Source: Macrostomum lignano (taxonomy: Eukaryota). Taken from it: a DNA stretch of 64,000 nt. The first letter of the stretch is position 1, and each line of letters opens with the position of its first letter. This document shows, piece after piece, positions 1 through 19,617 of this stretch. Both the position numbers and the translations under genes were made by a program. The notes beneath the pieces are model-generated. The model saw only the letters and a list, made by a program, of their open reading frames with translations, did not search any database and had not been told where the DNA came from. The stretch covers positions 496,001-560,000 of the forward strand of contig NIVC01000292.1 in assembly GCA_002269645.1 (NCBI GenBank), in the 5' to 3' direction.

Positions 1-2775
1 TTTCATGAGGCTGGGCGGGATGGACTCCGACGAAGTCATCAAGGCATTTCGAGCGGGCACTTTGAAACTTCCTCAGCCTTCTGAATCAACCAATGTGGCA
101 GTGGCTACAGCTGAGACAAAAAAGAGTTTGGATGAAGGGTTAAAGAGTGCAAAACAATTGAGAACGTCCATATTCGTTCAGTTTGGCGCACTGTTGTCTA
201 CTAACCTCAAGCGGCAAGTGCGGGTCCGGTCAAACCTGGTGAGCAGATTTCTGGTGCCTGCCGCCCTGCTTGCGCTAATGGCTGCTAGTGCCTTGATATT
301 AAAAGAAACCAAGGAGAAAAGAACGACCGACCCAAAGGACCATCAGATGGACATTCTGATCCGTCCAGCAGCGCCTCGGATGGACAGTAATGGCTTAAAG
401 GAAATTCCGATCGCATGCGTCTCTGATGGAAAGGCGAACTCGATTTCCAAGAAGGACTGCAAAAGTCTAGTTATTCCAGACGAAAGCAAGGCCAAGGCTC
501 CGCCACCAATTGTGATAACAAAGTCCCCGTCCCAAAGCATAAAAGACTTCATGTCTCAGAGGTCAACCAGAGATCAACTTTATAACCATCTGAAAGACAT
601 GAAGACATGGCGAATCCCGGCATGTGCTGTGTTCTACGCTTCACCCTGGCTCAAGAATGCGTCAAACAAAGACCGGTCGGTCAGCATCGGGGTTTTCTAC
701 AGTGACGATCAATCAACAGTGCACGTTCACAGAAGAGCGCTGATCGAACTGTTGGCATATTTTGGAATGGCCGGATCCAAAAACACCACCGCTGTTGCTT
801 TCCTTGAGCTGGCCAGCACGACTGTAGTTAAAACTGGGCTGCAACTGCCAGTGTTTTACCTCGTGTTCTCAATGCTGTCAGTGTCATATCTGAGCGATCC
901 GATCGAAGACATGAGCAGCCGAGTGCGCAGTTACCTGATAGCAACTGGCATGACCCACCTGGCCTACTGGGTCAACACATTCGTGATGCACTGGGTTCAG
1001 TACGCCATTTGCTACGTGATTGCTGTGGGGCTGTTAATGATTTGTGATACGTTCAGAGGGACATATCTTGTTTTGGCTGCGTTCTTGCCAGTCTTTCTAC
1101 TCGGAACCGTGTCCAACCTGCTGACAATCTACACCATCGCTGTTCTCACAAGGACAAAAAACACCCTGGTCTCCACAGGCTGCATCCTGGCCGCCGTGTT
1201 TTTACCTGTCGCTATGATGCTAATTAACAGTTACTCCGTCATCATGAAAGTGCTAATCTGGACAGTTCCTCCAGCGGCTCCCCTTGGTCTGGTGTTCAGC
1301 TGCGCCAAATTATATTTCTTTAAGCTTGCCTACTATCAAAACAAAGACGGCTCTGAGCTGCCTGGCATGATTGACAGTCTGTGGACGAATTCCGGCATCT
1401 TTCACTCTCTCATAGCGATGCCGGTGCACATCATTATCTTGCTGGGCATCATTTTTGCCGTGGAAGAAAGCGCCGCAATCAAAGAGGCCGTGTGCCACCG
1501 CGGAGCCCAGACCAAGCCTGACAAGCTCGATAGCGACATGGAAGACGGCGCAAAGAAAGAAGCAGAGCGGGTGTTGGCGGCTCCCAAGAGCTCCAAGAAC
1601 GTGCTGGAGGTTCGACAGCTGCAAAAGATTTATCCGAACGGAGTCCACGCTGTGCGAGGCGTCACCTTCGGAGCGATGGCCGGCGAGATCTTTGGTCTGC
1701 TGGGCGCGAACGGAGCCGGCAAGTCCACCTCCATGTCGGTGATTGTCGGCGAGGAGGCCGCGACGGAGGGCGCCTGCGAGGTCCACGTGCAGGATGGTGC
1801 CTGGTTGTCCGGTCGGGAAGGAGCCACAGTCGGCGCCATCGGCTACTGCCCGCAGCACAACCCGCTGTTCAACAGCATCACCGTGGCCGAGCACATCCGC
1901 TTCTACGCGGACATCCGCGGCCTGGACTCGATCGAGGCGGAACAACAGACGACCCGGCTGATGCAGAGCCTCGGCCTGTCGCAGCACAGCGACAAGCAGG
2001 CCGGCCAGCTGTCGGGCGGCAACAAGCGGCGTCTCTGCCTCGCCATCGCTCTGCTGGGCGACCCGGCGCTCATCGTCATCGACGAGGCCTCGACCGGCGT
2101 AGATCCCGAGAACAAGCGCTTCATCTGGGGCGCCATCCGCCGCATGGTGCACAAGCAGAGGTCGGTCATGGTCACGACTCACAGCATGGAGGAGGTCGAG
2201 GCTCTGTGCAGTCGGGTCGGCATCATGAACAAGGGCAGGATGATCTCGGTGGGCACCGTGCAGAATCTGCTTAGCCGGTGAGTCTGATCGTCTACATGTA
2301 TTCTGACTGCTATCATAAGTTGATTTTTTAGAGGATGCGTCAAACTCCTAGTTTATTATGACAGCTGATTTTTCTCCTTATATGCCGTTAAGCTGAACGC
2401 TCTTGTTTATATTTATGTTCTGCTTACCACAGCCACGGAGACGCGTACACGCTGGAGCTGCTGCTGGATCCGGAGACTGGGTCAGCGATAAAGCAAAAGA
2501 GACTCGTGATAAAAAATGCGGTGTCGGAGCAGTTCAAAGGAGCGCAGACGCAGGACGACCTCGGCCTCGGCCTGGTCATGCAGTTCTCGGTGCCCAAGCC
2601 ATCAGTGCACAGGCTGTCGGATGCGCTGAGGTGGCTGGCGGCCAACCAGAGCCGTCTGAAGGTGAGCTACTGGGCCCTCTACCAGATGTCGCTGGACCAA
2701 GTGTTTGTGAAGCTGGTCAAAACGTACGACCGCTCGAGCCAGACACTTGGAGCGAAAACTGGCAGCACGGCCTGA
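1..2775 (+). CDS. ABCA-subfamily transporter, C-terminal half (TMD2-NBD2-R2); 5'-partial
   Basis: Exons <1..2277 and 2433..2775 (CG|GTGAGT ... cacag|C give R-HGDAYTLEL). Walker A GANGAGKST, signature LSGGNKRRL, Walker B IVIDEASTGVDP, H-loop TTHSMEE. The window starts with FMRLG, matching the end of the first regulatory domain and echoed by the C-terminal SLDQVFVKL, so the gene continues to the left. Confidence 0.9.
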
Positions 2776-3140
2776 GGAATCAAGTCTCATCAGTGCAGAT
2801 GCGGGCCGCGAAACCACAAGCGTAACATTTTTTGTCTGTACCCATGCCGTAGAAACTAACCTCTCATTCCTCAATATATTATATTTATTTCTGTTAGTCT
2901 GCCACAACTGAAAATTTCTCTTGTATTCGTATGACTGTGCAAGTCTATATTACTGGCAAAATTTCTAATACAATATAACGAACGTAAATGTTTCTGGAAC
3001 TCCTGCTAAAAACACGAAACGCTCTTAAAAGTTGAAACGCAACTTGTCTTCTCGAGTAGTAGCCTACAGTCTATATTAGTAGCAGCTAGCACAGCACCAA
3101 GAAGCCCAAAACAAGGCTGATAGCAACACTGTTGAAACAA

Positions 3141-4097
3141 AGCACCAGTGCATCACACTGACATTGCAGCACAGCACCAGTGCAGTGCATCACACTGACA
3201 TTGCAGCACAGCACCAGTGCAGTGCATCACACTGACATTGCAGCACAGCACAGCACCAGTGCATCACACTGACATTGCAGCACAGCACCAGTGCAGTGCA
3301 TCACACTGACATTGCAGCACAGCACCAGTGCATCACACTGACATTGCAGCACAGCACCAGTGCATCACACTGACATTGCAGCACAGCACCAGTGCATCAC
3401 ACTGACATTGCAGCACAGCACCAGTGCAGTGCATCACACTGACATTGCAGCACAGCACCAGTGCAGTGCATCACACTGACATTGCAGCACAGCACCAGTG
3501 CATCACACTGACATTGCAGCACAGCACCAGTGCAGTGCATCACACTGACATTGCAGCACAGCACCAGTGCATCACACTGACATTGCAGCACAGCACCAGT
3601 GCATCACACTGACATTGCAGCACAGCACCAGTGCAGTGCATCACACTGACATTGCAGCACAGCACCAGTGCATCACACTGACATTGCAGCACAGCACCAG
3701 TGCATCACACTGACATTGCAGCACAGCACCAGTGCATCACACTGACATTGCAGCACAGCACCAGTGCAGTGCATCACACTGACATTGCAGCACAGCACCA
3801 GTGCATCACACTGACATTGCAGCACAGCACCAGTGCATCACACTGACATTGCAGCACAGCACCAGTGCATCACACTGACATTGCAGTACAGCACCAGTGC
3901 ATCACACTGACATTGCAGCACAGCACCAGTGCATCACACTGACATTGCAGCACAGCACCAGTGCAGTGCATCACACTGACATTGCAGCACAGCACCAGTG
4001 CATCACACTGACATTGCAACACAGCACCAGTGCATCACACTGACATTGCAGCACAGCACCAGTGCATCACACTGACATTGCAGTACAGCACCAGTGC
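3141..4097. repeat. 32/37-bp minisatellite (AGCACCAGTGCATCACACTGACATTGCAGCAC, with or without an extra GTGCA)
   Basis: Direct inspection; lies between the convergent ABCA and PP1 3' ends. Confidence 0.95.
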
Positions 4098-5108
4098 AAA
4101 CTCAGATAAAGAATTGAGCACATGTGAGTCGCTCCTCACTTGGTATTGAGTCGTGGTCATATGTTTAAAAGAGAGACTTGGGGAATCGTCTTGTTTCGCA
4201 AAAAATTTATTTGTCTTCCCGTGCAGTTTATTACATTATACTCGCTACTAGAAGAGAATGTTTCGCTGTCAGAAATTGGAACAACCCCCAGCTAAGGCCA
4301 GTTCAAGATAGGAAAGTAAAAAACAAACTCGAAGCAGCCCCAAAGGCTCTGAACTGTCCGGTAAACAACAGATTCGATTCGCTACTCTCAATTGAAACCG
4401 CGGGCTGTGATAAGCAAGCAAAGCAAAAGCGTACATGTAAAAAAGTACAGGCGGGGAGGCTACGGTACGGATCGCAGAATCGTGCTGTCAGTCGCTAAAG
4501 TCTAACCTGACGGAGCGGCGTCAGAAATCAGCCCGGATAAACAAATCGGGCCGGGGGGAGTGGAAAATCGATAAATTGATGCGGAATCGCGGCAGCCTAC
4601 TGACAGTAGTGACATTCGGATTGTGAGTAGGCATTGACAGTTAGGGAGGCCCGTAGAGGGGCGGAAACGACTAGTCTGGGTCCTTCGAACCAATGCGGTC
4701 TTTGTCTGGTCTGTCCGGATCAATTCGGTCTTTGTTCTGTCCGGACCAATGCGGTCTTTGTCCGAGTGGACAAGCTCCAGTACTAGCTGTCTAGACTATT
4801 TGCTTCCGCCCCTCCCCGACTCGGACAGGACAGAAAGGGTTCAAGGAACATAAATAGAAGCAGCAATGGCGAGACAAGAGAAAAATAACAGAGGCGGATG
4901 TACGAGTAGAAACGGCTCAGCACAGGACAGTCACTCGCAGGCTGAGGCAGGAGCTGGGCGAGGGGCGAGGGGCGCGCGCAACAGTTCATAAGTATTTGAA
5001 AATGAAAATAAAAAACACAAGGAAAAAAATGACGCAACAATTCCACACGCGGCTCGCTCGGGTCACCCTCGTCTTCCCCAACCAAAGCGGCGGCGGCTGC
5101 GGCAGTTT

Positions 5109-11922
<6,814 letters not shown>

Positions 11923-12582
11923 AGTTTATTTTTCGCCGAATAGGAAAAGTCCTGCCTGCCGCTTTGGTTGGGTCTGAGTTGGGGTTGCGCCAGAAGTAGT
12001 AGTAAGAAGATCGTGAAAAAATGAAAAGAAAAACATAAATCGTATTATCTAATTTAACCAAAGTGTTTTAACAAAGTTGGACATTTATGCAGAAAGTTTC
12101 GGCCTGATATTCATTTTTTAACTACGTTTAAGTTTGTTAGAAACATTTTAGTATACTTTTGAGTAAAATACATAAGCTTGGTTTTTGATTCTGAGATAAT
12201 TTGTTTTCTTCAATTTCTTCGAACTCGTAAAATCAGTTCTATAGACTATAGTGGCATAATCGTCGTCAGCTTATAGCTTAGTCTTCGTATTTTTTTCAAT
12301 CCTATGTCGCTATTTCGGCTACAATATTATTGCCAACGTTTTTCATTTTGCTAGTCCTTTATACTTTTATTGCTAAATAATAAAATATTGCTTCCTATCG
12401 CTGACATTGTGCTAGGATAGGATAACAATTCAGATAGGAAGGATATATTCACGTTTTACAGTTGCAAAATTTAAGTAGAACTCAACACAAATATTTGAAG
12501 CAATAAACTCTGAATTTTTAATTTTACAAGTTATTTAATTACCGCAAACCATACCGAAACTGATGTCATAAAAAATAAACAA
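11923..12582. promoter_or_regulatory. Candidate bidirectional promoter region between PP1 (-) and P2X (+)
   Basis: The divergent start codons at 11922 and 12583 are 660 bp apart, in AT-rich repeat-free DNA. No TSS data. Confidence 0.55.
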
Positions 12583-15500
12583 ATGACAATGAAAAGAAAG
12601 TTGAAGTCTGGTATTCATCATGGACTGGGATTATTTTTTGAGTATGAAACCTACAAGATTGTTCAGATCAACAGTATGAAAGTAGGGATTATTAACCGAG
12701 TTATTCAGTTAGCAATAATTTCGTACATTATTGGGTAAGTCTTGGAAAATTATAGTATGATTTTTAAACCAAAAGCTTCTTTGTATTATAGGAGCTATTT
12801 AGGATTTTTTTAAATGATATTTGATTGATTTGATTCGATTTTTTTAAATTTGTGCAAATATAAATATATTTTTGTAGGTGGGTAATTGTTTACAAGAAAG
12901 GCTACCAAGAGTTTGACAATGCTGTCAGTGGAGTTACCAGCAAAGTGAAAGGTGTTCAGTACACTAACTTCACTGGAAGCAGCATTGGGGCTCGCATTTG
13001 GGATGTTGCAGACTATGTTATCCCACCTCAGGTGAGTTGCAGTTGTGTCTTGTTGAAAAATACCTAATCAGGATCCCTAGGGTTTAGGATTGAGATCCTA
13101 GGAATTTGCAATTGGGATCTCAAAGGGTTTGGGATTTGGATCCCTTAAGGGTTAGGGATTGGGATTCCTAAGGTTTGGAATTGGGATCCCTAAGGTTTGG
13201 GATTGGGTCTCTAAGGGTTTGGGATCGGGATCCCTATGGGTTTGGGATTGGGATCAGAATCGGGAATGGGTGGGATCTCTAAGAATTCGAGACCCCGGAT
13301 GAACTACTTAAAGTACGCCTACACGCGCAGGAGAACAACGCCTTCTTCATCATGACTAACGCGGTGGTGACGGCGGACCAGCGCCAGGGCCGCTGCGACG
13401 AGGACCCATTGGTGGCGCCATGCTCAACGGACTCCGACTGCCCGGCGGGGCTCGCACAGATGCTGGGCAGCGGCGTGAACACGGGCCGGTGCGTGAACTC
13501 CACTCAGCGGCCCGGCGTCCGCGCCTGCGAGGTGCTCGCCTGGTGCCCCGTGGAGGTGGACCGGCTGCCAGCGGCGAGCCTCCTGCCCAACGTTGCCAAC
13601 TTCACCGTGCTGATTAAAAACAGCATCGAGTTCCCCAAGTTCAAAGTCAAAAGGTGCGTGCGGGACTCCCGGTGTGGTCCATTCAGCCATTTCACCTGCT
13701 GTTGCGGCCTAACCGACGTTACCCACTCACCCCCTTCAGTGACCGCCGCTACCCACTCACCCCCTTCAGTGACCGCCGCTACCCACTCACCCCCTTCAGT
13801 GACCGCCGCTACCCACTCACCCCCCTTCAGACCGCCGCTACCAACTCACCCCCCTTCAATGACCGCCGCTACCCACTCACCCCCTTCAGTGACTGCCGCT
13901 ACCCACTCACCCCCCTTCAGTGACCGCCGCTACCCACTCACGCCTTCAGTGACCGCCGCTACGCACTCACCCCCCTTCAGTGACCGCCGTTACCCACTCA
14001 CCCCTTCAGACCGCCGCTACCCACTCACCCCCTTCAGTGACTGCCGCTACCCACTCACCCCCCTTCAGTGACCGCCGCTACCCACTCACGCCTTCAGTGA
14101 CCGCCGCTACGCACTCACCCCCCTTCAGTGACCGCCGTTACCCACTCACCCCCCTTCAGACCGCCTCTACCCACTCGCCCCCCCCTTCAGTGACCGCTGC
14201 TACCCACTCACCCCCCTTCAGACCGCCGCTACCCACTCACCCCCTTCAGTGACCGCCGCTACCCACTCACCCCTTCAGTGACCGCCGCTACCCACTCACC
14301 CCTTCAGTGACCGCCGCTACCCACTCACCCCTTCAGACCGCCGCTACCCACTCACCCCCTTCAGTGACCGCCGCTACCCACTCACGCCTTCAGTGACCGC
14401 CGCTACGCACTCACCCCCCTTCAGTGACCGCCGTTACCCACTCACCCCTTCAGTGACCGCCGCTACCCACTCACCCCCTTCAGTGACCGCCGCTATCCAC
14501 TCACCCCCTTCAGACCGCCTCTACCCACTCACCCCCCCTTCAGTGACCGCTGCTACCCACTCACCCCCTTCAGACCGCCGCTACCCACTCACCCCCTTCA
14601 GTGACCGCCGCTACCCACTCACCCCTTCAGTGACCGCCGCTACCCACTCACCCCTTCAGTGACCGCCGCTACCCACTCACCCCTTCAGTGACCGCCACTA
14701 CCCACTCACTTTCACATTCTTTGTTTTATCATTAAGTAGCTTTGAGTAATTTTTAGTGAGGCCAGACTCATTATTGTTTTGTCGAGGCCTTGTCAGAGCT
14801 GTCGGGCAGACCAAACGCCCCCCTTCCCAACCGCCACTCTCCAATGCCGCAACCGCCAGGCGCAACATTGCGTCCGGGATGCCAGAGGAGGACTACTTGC
14901 GCTTCTGCAGGTGGCGGCCGGACCACCCGCTGCTGAAATTCTGTCCCATCTTTACCGTTCGGGACATGCTCAGACATGCCAAAGTTTCGGATAATATCTT
15001 TATTAAAGTACATGCTGCACTATTTTTGAAGTTTTACTAGCCAAGATTCTAGGTGCTTGCTTTTTTATTACTGTAGGAGTTTTGGTTCTGCAAGTCGGGT
15101 GTGAGCTTCTCCGGTGTTTCCTGGAAACATGATTTTCCTACTTGATCTGTGCTGTGCTTTTTTCTCTTGTTGAGCTTTATTTTTTAAGGTATGCGTTTCG
15201 GCCATTCTGCCTATTTCGCTGACTCCTGAGTACACGCCGCACTCACACACGCTCACACAGGGTGTACATCGGTCCTGACTTTCTAATCGTCGGGCATGTA
15301 CACTTTCTGTGCCTTGGGGGGTGTGGCCCTCATGGCTGTGAATTGCAGACGACAACCCCCGGGGCCAATTTTCGTTCACAAGCCCAAAAAATGAATGTGT
15401 TCACGAACGGAATAGAGTCAGGGGTCGCTGAGGGGCTAAGGTTTCAAGCCGATTTAAGATTCTTTCTAGCTTATATTGCGAGCTAGAAGACGTTACTATA

Positions 15501-17801
15501 ACTCGCTTACTGACAAGTAGCCATAGAAGAACTTGCAGCGAATGTTTTTATATTGTCTATGGCTGGACATTTGCATTGAATGTGAACTTCACGGGGGGGC
15601 AGGGCAGCTCATGGATGAAGGAACTATTCCTTCATTACGTTCCTTCATCCATGGGGCAGCTCGGCCGACAATGATTTTCTGGGCTCGTATTTTGTCGTCA
15701 GGGGCGTCACCACCGGGGGGCGAGGGGGAGCATGCCCCCCCCAGTAAAAGATATGGGGGATATGCCAATGCTTTGTCCCCCCTTGTGACCCGTTATGGAA
15801 ATCAATAATTTTCTGCAGGGCGACAAAACATAGCGCCTGCGGCAACAAAATGAGTGCCTGCGGTGCCACAATGAGTGAGTGTCTGCGACGCCAAAACGAG
15901 TGAGTGCCTGCGGCGCTAAAATGAGTGCCTGCGGTGCCAGAGTGAGTGCCTGCGGCGCTAAAATGAGTGCCTACGGCGCCACAATGAGTGCCTGCGGCGC
16001 CACAATGAGTGCCTGCGGTGCCAGAATGAGTGCCTGCGGCGCCACAATGAGTGCCTGCTGCGCTAAAATGAGTGCCTGTGGCGCTAAAATGAGTGCCTGC
16101 GGCGCTAAAACGAATGCCTTCTGCGCAAAAATGGGTGCCTGCGGCGCTAAAATGAGTGCCTGCGGCGCCAGAATGAGGGCCTGCGGCGCCAGAATGAGTG
16201 CCTGCGGCGCCAGAATGAGTGCCTGTGGTGCTAAAATGAGTGCCTGCGGTGCCAGAATGAGTGAGTACCTGCGGCGCTAAAATGAGTACCTGCGGCGCCA
16301 AAATGAGTGCCTGCGGCGCCAGAATGAGTGCCTGCGGCGCCAGAATGAGTGCCTGCGGCGCAAAATTGAGTGCCTGCGGCGCCAGAATGAGTGCCTGCGG
16401 CGCCAGAATGAGTGCCTGCGGCGCAAAATTGAGTGCCTGCGGCGCCAGAATGAGTGCCTGCGGCGCCAGAATGAGTGCCTGCGGCGCCAGAATGAGTGCC
16501 TGCGGTGCCAGAATGAGTGTTGACAACTCCGATTCTGAAAGCAACGTACAGGTAGGAATTTAGTCATGTACATGTACATACAGAATTCTACAGAACCCAT
16601 GGCGGCGCCCCTGTTTGTCGTACACGCCTGACAATGGGAAGGTCAGAGCCGCTGTACACCCAGTGTGAGCTTGGCGTGCTCAGGTGTCAGCGGAACGCTC
16701 AGAATTGCTTGCCTTCTCGCTGGCTGCGGGTCGTCTGTCGCCTTCAGTTGTGACGGCCGGGCTGACTCAGCTTCAATCCCCATCTGCCGCCACCCTTACA
16801 GGGCGGAGTGATGGCTATGAACATCCACTGGGACTGCAACCTGGACTGGGCCGAGTCCCACTGCACGCCCGAGTACAGCTTCACCCGGCTGGACGATCCC
16901 GCGGCCGGCATCTCAAAGGGCTGGAATTTCCGGTACGCGAATTACTACCGGCAGAATGGGTCCGACTATCGGGTGCTGATCAAAGCCTACGGCCTGCGCT
17001 TCATCGTCTACGTGACCGGTCGCGCTGGCCGGTTCAACATCATCCCGCTGACAATGAACCTGGGCTCCGGCCTGGCACTGCTCGGCTTGGTGAGGCCTCT
17101 ATGGTTGTCTCTATGCCAAATGCGACGGTATAAGCGCTGAGTCTGATTGTATAAGCGCTGAGGCTGATTTTATAAGCACTGAGTCTGATTGTTTAAGCGC
17201 TGAGTCTGATTGTTTAAGCACTGAGTCTGATTTTATAAGCGCTGAGGCTGGTTTTATAAGCGCTGAGTCTGATTGTATAAGCGTTGAATTCGATTTTATA
17301 AGCGTTGAATTCGATTTTATAAGCGCTGAGTCTGATTTTATAAGCGCTAAGTCTGCGAAAACCCTAGCCAGATATTTTCCACAAAATTCGAAATTACGAG
17401 TAATTCACACGCCTCTGTCTACTCGCAGTACTCAGTGCAGTGCTCAGTGCAAATCAATGCTGTTTTCCAATCTCCACTCCGCTCACCTCCGACACAGGCG
17501 ACGATTCTGTGCGATGTCATCGTGTTGCACCTGCTCAGGAAGCGCTCCGCCTACCGAGAGGCCAAGTTCCAGCAGATGGAAGATGAAGACGCCTACAAGG
17601 TGCGCACCGGGGCCTCCCAAGCAGGATTCGTTTATCGAATGTTTATTTAAAGTGCATCTTTGTTTCATTTTTTTGCTATTCTAACAGGCGATGAACGATG
17701 AGGAGGCCGAGGAGTCTGAGCTGGCGGCTGGATCTGCTGGAGCTGCCGCTGCCGCCGTCGGCTCGAGTGCAAAGCCGGACTATGGGGCCACTGGGGAGTG
17801 A
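12583..17801 (+). CDS. P2X: P2X purinoceptor (ATP-gated cation channel), 426 aa
   Basis: Exons 12583-12734, 12878-13031, 13331-13653, 14860-15007, 16802-17089, 17498-17599, 17688-17801; total 1281 nt, all GT-AG and in phase. Features: N-terminal FEYETYK, TM1, ATP-site KVKG / NFT / NFR / LIKAYG, all ten ectodomain cysteines, TM2 and YxxxK (YREAK). Confidence 0.96.
13715..14708. repeat. ~30-bp C-rich minisatellite (GACCGCCGCTACCCACTCACCCCCTTCAGT), P2X intron 3
   Basis: Direct inspection. Confidence 0.95.
15201..16708. mobile_element. Long-TIR (~90-100 bp, imperfect) foldback/MITE-like element in P2X intron 4, host of a nested hAT
   Basis: 15201-15301 (…GCTCACACAGGGTGTACATCGGTCCTGACTTTCTAATCGTCGGGCATGTAC) is the inverted copy of 16620-16708 (rc …GCTCACACTGGGTGTACAGCGGCTCTGACCTTCCCATTGTCAGGCGTGTAC). 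No TSD identified. Confidence 0.65.
15699..16613. mobile_element. Non-autonomous hAT element (915 bp) with an internal 21-bp tandem array
   Basis: TIRs CAGGGGCGTCACCAC / CAGGGGCGCCGCCAT(rc); exact 8-bp TSD TTTGTCGT at 15691-15698 and 16614-16621; internal ATGAGTGCCTGCGGCGCCAGA array at about 15850-16518. Confidence 0.92.
17128..17352. repeat. 22-bp minisatellite (TATAAGCGCTGAGTCTGATTTT), P2X intron 5
   Basis: Direct inspection. Confidence 0.9.
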
Positions 17802-17812
17802 CCGGCCATGGA

Positions 17813-18238
<426 letters not shown>

Positions 18239-18667
18239 TCCTCTGCGCACCAGGACACAGTAGTTCACAATATATTTTAACCGGTTGGCGCTATTTACTC
18301 AAAATTTTAGCCACTTGAGTTCGGTTGCAGTCTGTTTGCGTTGGTTCAGCTTCAATATTATCCATGCCCTATGCCGATATCTTCTCCGCCTCACTGATCC
18401 GAGTCAAATGCAAATTTGCCGCTTCGATTTTTCCTCCTGGCCACAAGGAACTCCTGCATGGCGCAGGCGGGCTGAGTTCCTCTGTCAACAATCAGCTTGC
18501 CTCCAGCCTCCAGCCTCCAGCCTTTTATACCTTAGAAAATATCCTTTAAAGTGGCGCTTTTTGTTCTCGCGTTTAGTCTAGTCTAGCCCTAATTTTATTA
18601 GTCTTTAAGTACGTTTCCTATGCAGGCATTCCTATCTAGCGCAGGCAACACCCACCTCCCTCCCCAT

Positions 18668-19066
18668 ACTAGTGTACATTATTTGCTAATGTACATTGCT
18701 AGTGTACATTGCTAGTGTTACATTGCTAGTGTTACATTGCTAGTGTACATTGCTAGTGTACATTGCTAGTGTACATTGCTAGTGTACATTGCTAGTGTTA
18801 CATTGCTAGTGTACATTGCTAGTTTACATTTCTAGTGTTACATTGCTAGTGTACATTGCTAGTGTTACATTGCTAGCGTTACATTGCTAGTGTACATTGC
18901 TAGTGTTACATTGCTGGTGTACATTACTAGTGTACATTGCTAGTGTTACATTGCTAGTGTACATTGCTAGCGTACATTGCTAGTGTACATTGCTAGTGTT
19001 GCATTGCTAGTGTACATTGCTGTGTTGCATTGCTAGTGTAGAATGCTGGTGTACATTGCTAGTGTA
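18668..19066. repeat. 13/14-bp minisatellite (TACATTGCTAGTG[T])
   Basis: Direct inspection. Confidence 0.92.
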
Positions 19067-19617
19067 ATTATCACTAATAGCTGGTTGAGCAAAACTTCCA
19101 GGCAAAAGTTGTTCAATGTACATACCAAGTACGTTGTACTTTTGTCCACGGACCGCGAAAAGCGGCAAGTAATATTATAAGCACTTAGCAATGATGGGTG
19201 TCCCTCCGCCTGCACTCCACATCCGTTTAGAATCCTAATTACTTGCTACAAATTTACGCAGCCTTTGTCTGATTATGACTGTACTTTGTTATCTATACTT
19301 GTTCCTTTTCTTTTCTCTCTGTGGTGTGGGCGCGGCATTGTACTCAGATCAAATACACGCACAACAGCTGTGCTCAGCGAGCCGTCTTGAAACAGCAGGC
19401 TATGAGTTGGAAACAGGATCTGCAATTCAGAGTAAATATGTACCTTTCCGATTTCGCTTCCTTTAATCAGGTAGATATGCTGTTGATCTAGATTCCATAT
19501 TAAACACTGTAGCAGGCATTTCATACCGTCTTGATGACTACACCAAAAACAACAGTTTCAGTCTGTCCTGATTCCCTACAGTTTCTTTCCTAGCAGCCCC
19601 CTTCATCCCTGCCATCG

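Noticed and set aside
1310-2182. Antisense ORFs over ABCA, zfp-1 (44076-45622), PDIA4 and the GPCR
   Set aside because: These are the expected shadow ORFs of high-GC3 coding sequence.
17780-17801. P2X C-terminal DYGAT as a lysosomal sorting signal like P2X4 YxxGL
   Set aside because: It fits neither YxxPhi nor YxxGL, so it cannot be supported from sequence alone.
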